Assembly (NCBI GenBank): GCA_050230475.1
Contig: JBFLGF010000104.1
Span: 1-64,000, forward strand
DNA from: Ancylonema sp.
Taxonomy: Eukaryota
Direction of reading: 5' to 3'
DNA: 64,000 bases
The notes beneath the pieces were generated by a model. That model made no database searches and was not told the DNA's origin. It saw only the letters and a program-made list of their open reading frames with translations. Shown in pieces: positions 12,583-26,130 of this stretch. Positions within the stretch are counted from its first letter, which is position 1, and each line of letters starts with the position of its first letter. The position numbers and the translations under genes were made by a program.

Positions 12583-15074
12583 CTATTGATAGGGAGGAGG
12601 GTGAGGTCGAGGCCCTCTACCACCCCCATATCCCCCCCGCCCTGGGGAAGCCGAGAATTCAAAATGAGGCTGCCCAGGGGGGCCTTGTGGGTTGACCCAT
12701 CCCCCCCCCCCCCGCCCCGCTTGGGGTACCCAGCCTGCCCCAGGCCCAGGCTGCATCCCAAACTGGTGATACTGAAGTGGCGCTGACATGGCGCCAGGTG
12801 GCGGTCCCTGCTGGAACAGAGTGGGCGCCTGGGACGGGGGTTGACCGTATTGAATTTGAGAGGGGCCTGGGTAGACATACGCATACTGGAACTGGGGACC
12901 CCCTTGTAATAATACCGGCTGGGGGAAGGTCTGGGGGGGGGGGGGGGGTTGGGGGGAATACCCGCCTCTGCCCATCCCCTGCCCCACCCAGTCGGAGCCC
13001 TGTGATTGGTTCGTGGGCTTCTGAGGTGCAAAACCCCCCCTCTGCTCTTCGCCAAATCTAGTTAAGGGCCGACCACGTCCAGGTTCATTGGACCTTCCCC
13101 TTCCGCCCCTCCCCATATCCCCACCCCCACCTCTACCCCTCCCTCTCCCCCTGCCCCCACCCGCACCGTTGTCTGTGTGAAAACGACCCCCCCCGAACTC
13201 CCCATCCCCACCCCCACCCCCACCCCCACCCCCACCCCCACCTCCACCCCCGCCCCTAACCCCGCCCCTACCCCCGCCCCTACCCCCACCCCCACCCTCA
13301 CCCCCCCCCCCCACCACACCCTTCCTCTTTGCCAACTTCTTCATTCTCCTGTGCTCCGCTTCCTTTTCGTCGTCCGAAAACTCGGCCTCCTCCTCACTAA
13401 CCTCCTCGTCATCTGCCCCCGATTTGTCGTATCCTTTCTGATAAAGACTGGCGTCGTTCAGAACGAAGGTCACGTGGGCGTCCGCATACGCGACAGCTGT
13501 CCCCACCACGGCGTCCGTTGGAACGTCCTCCAGACGGTTGTGGCGGACGAGGTAGAGAGGGGAGCGGACGGGGCCAAACACTTCGTCGATTCGCCCCAAT
13601 GCACTCCTCGATTCTTGGAGCCACAGGATTGAACCCTCGTTTAGGGCTCGGACTGCAGGGTTGGCTTGCACTATGAGGGAGGAGCCCATGATCTGAGGAT
13701 TGGAGACGGATCAGAATTAGTACATGGCGGGAAGTTTAGAGGAGAGAGTGGAGCGGAAGAGGGGTTTTGCATCGGCAATTGGTTGCCGTAGATCGATAAA
13801 CATTGACTTTTGATTTTTCTCCTTTGCTGTTAAGAATCTCAGACCTTACATATATGACTTCTCACTGATGCACCCACCCCTTCTGCCATTGCTTCCCTAT
13901 ATATTATATTCACCTGTTATACAAGTACATTATAACGATGATCAGATACGACCTGAACACGACAGACGCTTTCCCCCCCCCGGTAGATCAACGAGACCGA
14001 GATAAAAAAAATAGAGGCGAGAGTAATGTCTGAAAGCACCCCTTACCGAAGTCACTTCTCCTAAAGCATTCAGCGGCTCATCAGGTTGCAGGTCCACATC
14101 GACAGGTGGCACAGGGGGGAGTACCTGAACAAACCACAACCACTGGTGGGATGACAGGTGGCAGCAGACTGGTCGTTATGCTGGCATTGAGTCAACGCCA
14201 GCTGGCTCTGTAGGGATGCCACTGGGCGGTTGTGCAGTGGTTGACTTCTGGCAAGCCGGAAAACAGCACCCAAGCCCACTGGATCCGAGGTATTACCACC
14301 TTGAGTCAACAGAATAGTCAATGGTGTACATAATGTTGCACGGAAGTTCAGGAATCAGTAGGTACTAACCGTGACTTCATTTTTTGTACGGGGCGGTTCG
14401 GTCCCATCCTCGTCATCACTCCCGCCCCCCTTCACTGCCTGCATCACTTTCGCGATCACCTCCTCAATCGGTTCCCCTTCCGACTCACTCTCCGAACTGC
14501 TTTCCGAACTCGCCTCGAGGGGATCGCTGTCCGTCTCCGCTTCCTTCATTTCCTCATCCTCTTCTTCTGAGCTCTCTTCTTCTTCTTCTTCTCCTTCTTC
14601 TTCTTCAGATTCAGATTCCGCGTCAGTCGCTGCACTGGTAGTCGCAGCCTTCCCTTCCCCGCCCTCCGCAGCCTCTACTGTTGGGGGTGCTGCGAGGACG
14701 GGGTCGGAGGCGAGGGCGGGAGACGTGACTGCGGAAGGCTCGCCGGCACCTGTGTCTAATTCAGTTCTTTCTTCCAAAATGCCTTTCAGTTCTGCAATAA
14801 AAGCCTCCGACCCGGCAGCATGCGGAACCGGCACTTCTGCTATTGATTCGTGTGAATGTTGTTCGGATGCGGGAGGTAAGTGCCCTAAAACGGCTCGGTC
14901 CACCTCTAATTCTTTGTGTCCATTCCCGTACACGTCAGAGGACATTGAAGTGGCTAAATCACCGGCTGCTTCCCTATCTGTGTGAGACGGTTCCTGACAC
15001 GTGGCAGTACTCAGACGCTCTTGTGTTTCATCCTCCACCAAAATCTGCCCGTTTTCCGACGCAACAGGGTCCAT
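12583..15074 (-). CDS. NAF1: H/ACA ribonucleoprotein assembly factor NAF1; exons 15074-14370, 14124-14047, 13692-12583
   Basis: Acidic N-terminus and PRTKNEV, then the Gar1/Naf1 domain (LNEGSILW...LGRIDEVFGPVRSPLYLVRHN) and KGYDKSGADDEEVSEEEAEFSDDEKEAEHRR, followed by a Gly/Arg- and Pro/Gln-rich tail. Canonical in-frame GT-AG junctions. Confidence 0.92.
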
Positions 15075-15380
15075 GCCCTCGCCTAGAATAAATGGCAGCA
15101 GAATTAAGTGCTGCAAAATACTATTAACAGCTTCAGAACGTCAGCTGAAAGAACGTGTCGTTCTGATTACGAATGAACTTCTCAAAAGATTGATTCTCTG
15201 CAGTCAAGACATCACATGCAGTGACTGCTTGCTCGATTTTGATGTAACCGCTGTGCTTTTGGAAAACTCGAAAAGCGTCGAACATCAGTTTCTCTTAGGA
15301 GTGTAGCACCGCAACGGCGGCTGACGTACTAACTGTGGCAATGGTGAATCTATGGCTTCTGCGGTTTGTTGCAGCTACGG

Positions 15381-15410
15381 GGCGCGAAAAGCGGATCCCC
15401 GCTAGGGTTT
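15381..15410 (-). promoter_or_regulatory. Telo-box and E2F-like site upstream of NAF1, in the NAF1/amidase divergent spacer
   Basis: TAGGGTTT at 15403-15410 (AAACCCTA on minus) and GGCGCGAAAA at 15381-15390 (TTTTCGCGCC on minus). Confidence 0.5.
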
Positions 15411-15823
15411 AGCCAGGTACCATCGGCAAACTTCGCGCAGAATGCGGGCGCAATCATTGGGAGTTATATAACGCAAAATGCGCGATGACTGACACGTAGA
15501 ATTTTAAATATGAGCGCCGTACATGACGGCAGAAGTTGGGGGGAGCGAAGGCGTTCCGAGAACGCAATGCCCTCAGCGTCTGTCAGATATCGAATTACTG
15601 CACGAACCGTGTGAAGTTTATGCTGTCTTTCAGTCATTTGTGTGTATCCCTCTCGCAGATCTGCACAATTCTTGTTGTGCAGATGATACAACCAACTTCC
15701 GAACGCAGCTCACCAGCTTTCGCAATTGTTCTCCCTCGATCTTCCTCTTCTCTGACATCTCACCGTAAAATTTCTTCTCGTTTTCGAATTATCCTGATAT
15801 TTAACTCACTCAGAAGGGAGTAC

Positions 15824-18421
15824 ATGGAATCCCGCCACGAATACCGGGTGTTATTGCGCCATCTGGTTACTATGGCGCTAATGTTTCTGTTGTTGGCCCC
15901 CGCCTGGGGTCTCAGCGGCGCTGAATGGTCGGATGAAGACCTCGTGGAGCTGAGCGCAGGATCCGCCGTCAAGTTACTATGCAGTCAGGATATTACGGCA
16001 GAGCGTTACGCCCGTGCGCTGCTCGCACGCGTCCACAACTACACCTGCATCAACTCCTTCGCTTCCTTTGACGCAAAGAAGGTAAATCAGAAAGAGATAC
16101 AAAATTACTGAACATGAAAAAAATAGCGCGAACCTGTATTGATTTTCAGTCCTCTGGCTGTTCTCGTTGGGAAAAAATGAGAGGTAGGGCGACGTGTGGA
16201 AATTAGGGTGCGCTTCTGTTACTGGTTTGGCGTCCCGTACGTTGAACACAAAGTCTTCTTCGGTTTTTTTATAACGAGGCTCACTGCCTTCTGTTCGTCA
16301 TTATAATACAGCTCTAATACTGTTCTACAATCATAATGAAAAAAGTTCCTGAGTCCTAATATCCTTCTTTTTCCCTTCGAATCCCAACAAAGGTCGTTCT
16401 TGTATAGAGTGCCACGTGGCTTACCTCCCCCGCAAACAGATTCCCCCCAAAAAAATACGAAAATCCAACAAAGATAACCAATACCCCCCCACCACCCCTC
16501 GATCCCATCCATCCATCCCCCCTCCCCCCTCCCCTTCCCCTCCAATCAAATCCCTCCTACAAATCCAATAATATTCCTCTCCCTCCCTTCCCCCCCCAGG
16601 TCCTTTCCCAGGCCGCCGCAGTCGATACCCGGGCGGCCGCCGGGGAGGACGTGGGTCCTCTCTGTGGCCTCCTTTTTGCCGTCAAGGACAACATTGACGT
16701 CAGCGGGTACCCGACGGTGGGGGGCACGCCAGGGCTGGAGGGAAACTTCCCGGAACTTTCCTCGCCCCTTATCGACAGACTGCAGGCTGCGAACGGCATC
16801 GTGATCGGCAAGGTACTGGTTCTGAGTCCGAGGAAGGGGGGGGGTGGGGGGTGGGGGGGGCATAAGATGGGGTCAGGGCTCCTCCTCCGACGTGGCAATC
16901 TCACTTCTGACGTGGCATTCTCACTGCTGACGTGGCATGCAGACCCGCATGCACGAGCTGGCGTTGGGCGACGACTCCATCAATCCGCAGTGAGAAACCA
17001 ACCATCCCACCATAGGCCCATCAACCATGAAAGAGTTTCGTAGGGAGGTAGGAGGAGCATATGAGGTGCGAACCTCTTCTGTCTAGAGAAGCTGTACGAT
17101 GTAGATGCAAAAATTGATTTGCATATTATGATGATAGATTATGAAGTACACATTCAATATCGAGATAAACGTTGATATAGATATCATATTCGTTAACGAA
17201 ACTATTTGGTATTTATTATTGGTATTTACTGTGGGTGTTTTCATCACCCGCATTCATATCTTCTCTTTACCCCCCCATCAATAGGTGTTATGCTGATGTC
17301 TCCTATAGTTTCGGTCAAAAAATATGAAGTTGTCACCTATGACATGTTCCTTCCATACATTTTCGTAATTTTCGGTACCAACACCAAAGCACAAATAAAT
17401 CTGAGGGAAAAAATAGGAAAGAACATGAGGTATAAATTTTACATACACCCTATTTGCAGCAACCTAATTTCCTTCCTCTCCTCTTCTTCCCCTCTGTTTA
17501 GTTATGGCCCCGTCCTGAACCCTCACAACGTCACTATGCACACGGGAGGCAGCAGGTAACACCTCCCCCGAATGTCACCCAAACAGGAACCACCAACAAA
17601 AGAGAGACCTATTAAAAAAAAAGCTCCTACTCATTTCTTAAACATCACCTCTCAACTTAATGCACGCCACTCACTCTTCATGCACAGGGAATACTGTCTA
17701 CTGTATGGACACATGATCAATGTACATGTTACTAATTCAGAGAGGTCTACAAGGCACTCCTCGTTATCATCAGACTCGTCCACCCACCAAAGAATAATGA
17801 AGGGGAAAGAAAATTAAAACACATTCCAATACACCGATTGCGGCGATCAGTACCGGAATCACCTCATCACCCCCCTCCCGTGCTGATGTCATCCCCCACC
17901 GTGCTGACGTCCCCCCTCACTGACGTGGCAGCGGCGGCACGGCAGCCCTGGTGGCGGCCAGGGGTGTCCCCGCAGGATTCTGCTCCGACACGGGTGGTTC
18001 CTGTAGGAACCCTGGGAGCATGACGGGAACGGTGGGGTTCAGACCGACCACGGGGTGCTATCAGGCGGGGGCGGGGATAGTGCCACTCAGGTACACGATA
18101 TCATACGGAGTTGTTTTGTTTCTTCTTTGTTTGTTTGTTTTTTTTTCCCCCCCTTCCCTCCTTCAAATCCTTCTTCTTGTACTTCGTCTTCTTCCACTTC
18201 TTCTTGGGCTTCTTCTTCTCCTTCTCCTTCTCCTCCTTCTTCTCCCGCTTTTCTTCCTCTTCCTCGTCTATTCCTCCTCTCCCACTTCTTCCCCTCCTTC
18301 TTATTTTCCTTTTCTTTTGCGAATCCCCTACCCCACCTCTACGCATTTTTTTTCAACTTTTGTTGCTTTAACCAACTTCTGTTGGCCTTTCTTTGTTCGT
18401 CTCTAAAAATTTACTTTCTTC

Positions 18422-18453
<32 letters not shown>

Positions 18454-21054
18454 CCCGGGGGACCAACTTCGGAAACCCTTCTCCTTTTTTTTTTTGTGCA
18501 GCGTGACCCGCGACACGGTTGGCATCATGGCCCGCCACGTCAGCGACGTCATCCTACTGGATAAAATTTTCAGTTCCTGCCCTCGAGACTCTCCCTCCGT
18601 AACTCTTCCCGGAATGAGGGTACAATCAAACCTCTCTAAAGGATCACGGCTGGTTGCGGATATTTCGGTGCAGCTATAGAGGGTGTGCCTTTTTAGGGGT
18701 GGTGCTTTTATAGAGGGTGTGTCTTTATATAGGGGCTGCCTTTATAGAGGGGTTGCCTCTATAGAGGGGTTGCCTTCATAGAGGGGTTGCCTCTATAGAA
18801 GGGTTGCCTTTATAGAGGGTAAGCCTTTACAGAGGGTGTGCTGTTAGGGAGGGTTCTGAATTTTGTTTGCAGATTTTGGTGCCTTTAGAGCCATTGAATC
18901 TACCTTTTTTTCTTTGTGCGTGCCGCAGTGTGCTCCATATAGTATTCCTTCTTTTTGGGTACCACAATACAGAATACGAAGAGTTATAAATGAACCCCCC
19001 CTCTAAACAACCTACTCAATACATGTACCCCAACTTCGTTGCCTAGTCTAGACTTCAATTCCTCCCACCTCACCTCTCGCCCCCCCTTAAGAATCAAGAA
19101 ATTCCATTCAAAACCCGCATCTCCCAAAGATAATCCTCACATAAAAACCCGTATGGAATGCAAGAAAACAAAACCTAAATACGCACTTCCAAAGGTGATT
19201 TGGTTCGAAGTTTATGGATTCAGATCGGGTACCCGAAGCAGTGGTGGGCGGAGGTCGGTTGGGAATCAGAGGGGGTCTTCGAGGCTGCTCTCCAAGGGAT
19301 GGTGAAGGCGGGGGTGCAGCTGGTCGAAGTGGATGTGGGTCTCCTTTTGGATACGTTCAATGCGGAAATCCCGGATCACTATTTTTACACTTACGAAGCC
19401 GTTCGGGAACTTGCGCGGTAAAAGAAAACACTCCTCTCGATTGATGGCACGTTTTGCACTCTTTTTGACCCCCCGGTTTTTGTTCCTTGGAAAAATTGTG
19501 AGGGTTCGTTTGAAATTTTCTATTCTAGAATAATGATAAGGTGAAAGATTTCTAATTCCATCCTGTCTCGGTATATCGAGACTCCATACCTACATCCCTT
19601 TTTCTGGTCCGGATTTTAAAGGCATAAAAGTGACTGTTTAGTTACAAAGGAAATCGGCGCAATCAAAAACGGCTTTCTCATTAAAAGTCCTACACCCTTC
19701 GTCTCCACTGCTCCCCTCTCTATTTTGATCTTGTTGTTTGTTACCTTTTTTTTTCTTCCTTTTTTAATATTACCCTCTACAGCTACATGGGACACCACAA
19801 AATCAATGTGAGCCTCACCGACCTCATCTCCAAAATCGGCACCCCCTCCGTCCACCAACTCTACTTCAAACTGGCCACCCACCCCCTCGAAGGCCCACCC
19901 TCTCCCACCGACATGCACCGAATCATTGCTACCAGTTTGCCCAAGCTAAGCGCACTGTGGCACAGTTACTTTGATGTCTTCCAGTTCGATGTCATGGTTG
20001 TTCCCACCACCCCCATCCCTTCTCGGCCAATCAACGACGTTCAACCGCTGTCGGAAATCAACGGGCGGCGGGAAGTTATGTTTAGTGGTGAGAGGTTTTC
20101 CGTGACTGTATTTTCTGAGTTTTATAGCCAATGAACATTCTCTCATTTGAAAATTGTACGGGAACAACGTCGATGAATAATTGTTGGTTATTGTTGTTGC
20201 AATAGCAAAGGGATGCGATATATTGAGCACATTGTTGCAAATATCAGAATTGGCTTCTATGGCGCGTTCCGCATTTTGGAAACCTTGTCTTTGTTTTTCA
20301 AATTCGTTTTCTTGCATTTGCATTTTATACGACAAATTTCACAACATAACCCTCGCCAGCCCCCTACCTTGTTGTTGTTGTTGTTGTTGTTATTGATGTT
20401 GTTGTTGCGAGTGTTGTATTCTTTGCCCCCTTTCGAAAGAAAGAAAGAAATAAACCTTGGTTGTTTTTCATTCGGTTCCGTTCGGTTTCGGAGAACAAAG
20501 TAACTCATACCCATTCTCGTGTTTTCGATGCAGTCTACGGTCGGACGCACATGATTGACGCCCCCGTCGGAATCCCAAGTATCTCGATCCCCATTGGCCA
20601 CACGGACTACTACCACATGCCGATCGGACTCCAATTCCACGCCCGATCTGGTGCAGATGCACTGCTATTGGCGGTTGGGGAGGCACTTCAACCGTTATTT
20701 GCACCCACCGATCCACCCCCACCTCTTCCAAAGTGCTATGGTTGTTTCCCCAAGGCCACCCCCTTGTTGGATTTTGCTATCACCGAAAATGGTTCAGGGT
20801 ACGAGGCCCTCTTGGCGCAATTGCACACTGTCACTTTTGCTCAAGGATCACAGTTCGAGTTGGATATGATGGGGGAGTGCGAGATAAAGAAAGAATTGGC
20901 GTTTCCCAGAGGGCCGCCCGCAAATGCGAGTGTGCTCGGTCCGCTTCTTGCAAAGAAGAGAGGATTTGAGCGAAGGTGGGAGGCGCGCGCAATTGAGGGT
21001 TGTGACTGTGAGGGAGAGAAGTCGAGCACGGGCGACACGCTTGGCTCGATTTGA
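15824..21054 (+). CDS. Secreted amidase-signature enzyme (IaaH/mandelamide-hydrolase-like); exons 15824-16081, 16600-16812, 16943-16989, 17502-17555, 17932-18090, 18502-18619, 19224-19417, 19783-20087, 20534-21054
   Basis: Signal-peptide-like MALMFLLLAPAWG (alternative ATG at 15872). Catalytic motifs VKDN (Lys), GKTRMHELALG, GGSSGG and SDTGGS (Ser nucleophile), plus GFRPT, TRDTVG, PTTP, GIPSISIP and PIGLQF. All nine exons splice in frame via GT-AG. Confidence 0.9.
18675..18840. repeat. ~18-bp minisatellite (TATAGAGGGGTTGCCT-like) in an amidase intron
   Basis: Directly visible tandem copies. Confidence 0.9.
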
Positions 21055-22299
21055 TTTATTACGACCATTTATGGGAACGGGTCAAGTACGCCATTGCGTG
21101 AAGCACATAGTTGTATCTTTGGAGTTTTTGATTTTTTAAAAGTTTGTTTTCTATTTTTGTAGATGAACAAGAAATATGTTGGGGTTGGCGATCAAGTGCA
21201 AAGTTGAATGTAAATTTCGTGTTGGTACCTGTTAGTTTCTTTGAATTTGTAATTGCCATCATAGAAATCTTGTTGTAGAAGCTATTCGCATATACTTAAG
21301 TGGTTTCAAATATGTTATACTATACAATATAGTACGGTTGGAATTGGTGAAAAAATAAGTGTATACTTGGTTGAAAGGCCATCGTAGTCGTACCATTTTT
21401 AATATCATCGTAATGGCATCCAAGTCGTCGGTTTCCGTATTTGACTTTCTGCAATAAATCCCGGGATACGAATTTATTTTGATTGGTGATAACATCGCGT
21501 GATTGAACGGTAGCTTTGTGTAATTATAGCGCTTCCCGGGTGCGTGTGGCGTTTTAAATCGCAAGAGGTCAATGAATCTCTAGGCTCTTCTAACCCCAAA
21601 AGGATTTGAACATTCCGCGCCATGTTTCAAAAGTGGGCAAGAAACCCTGAAAACTGCGTGCCACAACGGCCACTTTTTGGTGACTAGTGTATGGCAGAGT
21701 TGAGGCGCAAATTCGTGACGTGACTGATGGAGTCGGCATACAACTTGTCGACGAAATCTCACAACAACAAAAAAAACAATATATTTTGGAAAAAAATGGA
21801 AAACATGACTTTGTATATTTTTCTTCGCCGATGATATTTCTTGGCGGATAGTAGTTAATGACGTGGTTGCCTTCATTGACTTTGCAACGTCTTGATTGGC
21901 TGTGGAGTTATCATCTCGTCTCACTCCCCTATCATGGCAAGTACGGACACCCATCAGACCAACAAAAAAGAACAACCACGTGCTCGAGAATTCAATGATA
22001 TAGATAAACACATAGGGCTCAATGTACACATTGTAAGGTGGCTAACCATGAAGTCGCTCACTGTCGGAAAGCAAAAAGGGCTACGCAGAATTTGAACAGT
22101 GCTATCGATGCTTCACCTCCTGTAGGTACAACCCAACTCTTGGTGGGAATCTTGTGACCCACCAAGATCCTACATGCGCACCCTAGTTATATCCTCGTTA
22201 TCCTACCTCGAAAGCCACGCGATTTAACTTACCGACTTCACCGCATCAGGTACTTTACCCGTACTTACCTTCTCAATTTATGATACCACCACGTAGATC

Positions 22300-23100
22300 A
22301 CCTAGGATCGCAGCCATAGTGGGTAATGTAGGACAAAAGAAAGACAAAAATTTGAGAAAGTGCCTAAGGTAGTTGTCGACATCAGCACCCCTATGCATTC
22401 GGAAAACCAGAGTCCACCTAGTGTTGGCGATGAACAACAAACTATATCTAGGTCTCCGGCACCCACACATGATGATAATAGTCTATTTACCAAGATGCTC
22501 AACTTGGGGTACTTGGGGTACACCTACCTTCTCACCCTGAGACATTATTGAAAAAAGTTGCACGAGAGAGAGAGAGAGAGAGAAGATTATGGTAGACGAC
22601 AAGGGTATAGTACCAAGATGCCTGACTCGTTCGAACCCCATTTTCCTTAGCAATTAAAACCTCGTACCATAAGTCTTCATCATATGAATGATCCACATGT
22701 ACAACCACCCTCACCTTTGGCAAAAGCTTAGATTCACGATGATCGTCTTCATCATATTTTGATGCCGCAACGCGTCTGTCGTACCTATATCGATTGTGTA
22801 AGGCTACACGTGTGAGCATTACACCATATGAGCACACCGTACAACCCGTGCCTATACCAAGGTCTACTTAACCGTACAAGATATCCCATAGCTAAGCCAT
22901 CTCCCTAGGCAAACTCCGTACTCGCAGAGTCTCGCTTAGACGGCATGCAACTACCGAGCACCGCTCCCCATTACCGCGCCTAGACGGCATGCGGTGCCGC
23001 AACTCGCACCTTCGCAACGCGCTTTAATTTGATGCTCACTATCGTATTGGGCAAGATATCACGCACTCTCCATAGAAGATCAAACTCATTATCGTACTCA
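22300..23100 (-). mobile_element. Decayed Ty1/Copia RT relic
   Basis: Minus-strand fragments RLWYEVL...LRKMGFER (~22630-22680) and DVDN (~22375) resemble Copia RT. Boundaries unclear. Confidence 0.35.
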
Positions 23101-24334
23101 ACAAATGATCACCCTTCGAAATATAACATTCGACAATAGATATGAGCCATTGAAATAGCCATGGCTGATACTCAACGCAACGCAATCACAATTGGACACA
23201 TCACCGCTCTTGCCAAACCTTAATCGGTATGCACTTTGGCGAAATATAGCCACAGTGCCCAAGCATCAAAATACATAGTCCGGAAGTCCAACAAGGGACT
23301 TTGGACACCCTTGCACTTTCCGTGTACTACGATGTAATCTACACCGTGCGTACGCACGTCCGATCGAACGAATTCAATCCAAGCATATCCTATCCTACCC
23401 GCAAGCGCAGACGACGAACGCGCCTATAGGATTTGGTGTGCTTATAACGCTTCAGGTTGATGACGACGGCGGCTCAGGTTGAGAGGATGATGACTCAATA
23501 GGAAGTAGGAGGCTCGGCGGGCTCATCACTTGAGCAAGTGTTCACTCTTGGGCTCTTGGGCTCGGTTTCTCTCGTTGTTCTCACACGTTTTTTGGTGTTC
23601 TCATACTGGACTCACTTGTCCGCTGTCACATTGAAGTGATGAATGGCTGTCGGTTTGTCAACTATTAATTCCGCCAAGGGCGAGACATCATTCAAGGCTC
23701 AACAGGAAGTCTGTGGAGCGGCTCAGATGAAGCGAAGTAAACGATGATCATGCTCCTGAGGCTGTCACCCTAAGCGTCACTCGTTGCAAAAATTGCAGCA
23801 AGCAATAATTCATTTTATCAAAATTATTGAAAGGTCACGTGGTTAGGTGCGGCAGCACGCAAAACAAGGGGACAATTTAGTGAAACAATTAGTTTTTTTG
23901 TAAAGCGAGCACGCGAATGTCAAAGCAACGGTTCTTGGCACGACAATACGCAAGAAGGACAATCAATGAGTGCAACAACACTTAAGAGATAACAACACGC
24001 ACAGAAACGGCTCTGTGAGTGCGGTAGCACGTCACCAAAGTAAAGATCTATTGAGTATGGCAATACGTTAGAGATTACGTTAAACATTCAAAAGCAAGTT
24101 TAAACACGGGTTAGTTTCTTACACGTTGTGCTGCATGAGCTTGAGCTCGCAAAATCTGTAGATCCTGTAGTCTTCGGAGATGATGGTAGCAAGTTTTAGT
24201 TGGTATGTTTCATAATGTATCTCGCTCACAGCATACTCAAATTCAATTTATTTAGTTATCCAAAAATGAAAAGTAGGTTTTCATCTCAAGTTGATGATGC
24301 GATTTACCTTCGGTAATCGTACAAACAAGTTGTT

Positions 24335-25193
24335 TGTAGCACTAATACGGCTAGGTTCCCCCCGATACGCACTCGGATACGCCGACAATGATATGGGTGC
24401 GCCGACACGGCGCTTTTGCCCGCGATACGTCATAGCCGGGTTCCGATACGGAAAATGATTTACGCGTGGAAAAAGTATCCATATTTTCCTGTTTCCACCT
24501 TTACTTATGTCCGTACATGTAGGCCTTAAACCTGAGCGTCCGGTAACATAAGTGACGTGGACCACGACATCCACATAATTGTCGCAATGTAGTTAGTTCA
24601 AGTGAATTCGAGGTGAATGGAAGATGGTCGATAGCCACGACACGCCCGAATATCACACTATGACATCAAGATGACAATCTAACGAATGAAGATGAGTTGA
24701 TGGCGTCATTGTAAGGTGGTTACTACATAAGAACTTTCCGCAACACCTACGCTCTCAATTTGAGGGCACCGGAGGATAATGATTGGACAATAATTGATGT
24801 ATGTCAATGGCGCAGATAACTGCAGCTTTCCACTCGTTTTTTTTGGGGGGGTTTGGATTGGCGTCAGTGCATGAAGAGAGTACGAATCATATGATGGCAA
24901 AAAAGAAATACTTGGAACACTTGGAATATTTGAAATACTTAGAATACGTGAAAGTGGAGAAGGGATATGACAATGATTTTGTTAGGTAGTAAAATATTAA
25001 AAATGATTGAAAACTTTTCATACTGAGAGGGTAGAACATGCAAACTAACGTAAAAAAACGGTAAAAACTAGAGGTAGGGAAAAAAAAAAAAAAAAAAAAA
25101 ACGTATCGAAAACCCGATACGGGAGACATTGCCGTATCCCCGTCCGTCTCCGTATCCAATACCGATACGCGTATCCGTATCAGTGATACTATG
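24335..25193. mobile_element. GATACG/CGTATC-rich hAT-like MITE
   Basis: Clusters of GATACG at the left end and CGTATC at the right end; right terminus GTGATACTATG; left end degenerate. Confidence 0.45.
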
Positions 25194-25399
25194 CAAACAA
25201 CGGTGATTGATGACCAATCAATCACCCAAGGTGATCGAGAAAAAAAAACCGTGGTTCGTGTGACCTTTTACATTGAAACCTCGATGTCACGAAGCTCTTC
25301 CGTTGTTCAGCTTAGAGTTGTATTTGTAGGTTGGTTCTCTACTCATAACAGTGGAGTGAGATTCTAGCGTTGTATGTGACTATCAACGGATTCTACAAA

Positions 25400-26130
25400 A
25401 AGGTACTACTGGATGAAGAATGAGATGCACTCGATGCCAAACATTGGGATGATTTGAAGACACCGTGAAGATAACCAAGACACTAGTCCAAATTTGGCGA
25501 AGACCGTGAGTTGTTTAAGCACCTTCAACCCCAACCCTGAATTAGTGCATTGAGAAGCACTAAAGCGAGTAAATCGATATCTAAAAGGGACGATGGGACA
25601 CGACATGATGTATCTACAATTTATATTGGCTTTTCGGACGCAAGTCATCTTAGATATCCGGATACACTTCGTGGACGTGTAGGGTACGTTTTCATGTCAG
25701 CAGAAGGAGTCACTTGTAAACTCAAATGTTTGAGCGGCATTACTTTTTCATCTTGTGAAGCTGAGTGCCTAGCTTTAACGATGGCTGCGGAAGTAGCGGC
25801 TTTTATGAGTAAGTGGCAAGGAGAGCTCAAAGGAAAAGGCTTGTCAGACAATGAAGAAGAAATGGATACAATAACCATATAGACGGACAACCACTTAGCA
25901 AGGGATCTGGTGAACAATTCAGTGTATCATTATCGGAGCAAGAATAGTTTGAACAAGTATCACTTCATTCGAGGGCGAATGAGATTGGGGCAAATAAAAC
26001 TTGAGTTTATCTACAGTGAAGAAAATGGAGCAAACATGCTGACATGCAACTTTTGGGGTGATAAAGAAAAATAAAAAGTTGATTGGAATGGAGTAGAGTG
26101 CAACACCATTTTTTTATTTGAGGGGTGTAC
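25400..26130 (+). mobile_element. Ty1/Copia RT-RNase H relic with PPT
   Basis: GFSDASH...GYVF...SSCEAECLAL...TDN...YHFIR...IKLEFIYSEENGANMLT, followed by TTGAGGGGTGT at ~26118. Confidence 0.8.

Noticed and set aside
13177..14985. Plus-strand ORFs (PTPTPT-rich, Ser-rich)
   Set aside because: Antisense shadows of low-complexity NAF1 exons
18055..18564. Hydrophobic membrane-protein-like ORFs
   Set aside because: CT-rich intron sequence read through from amidase exons
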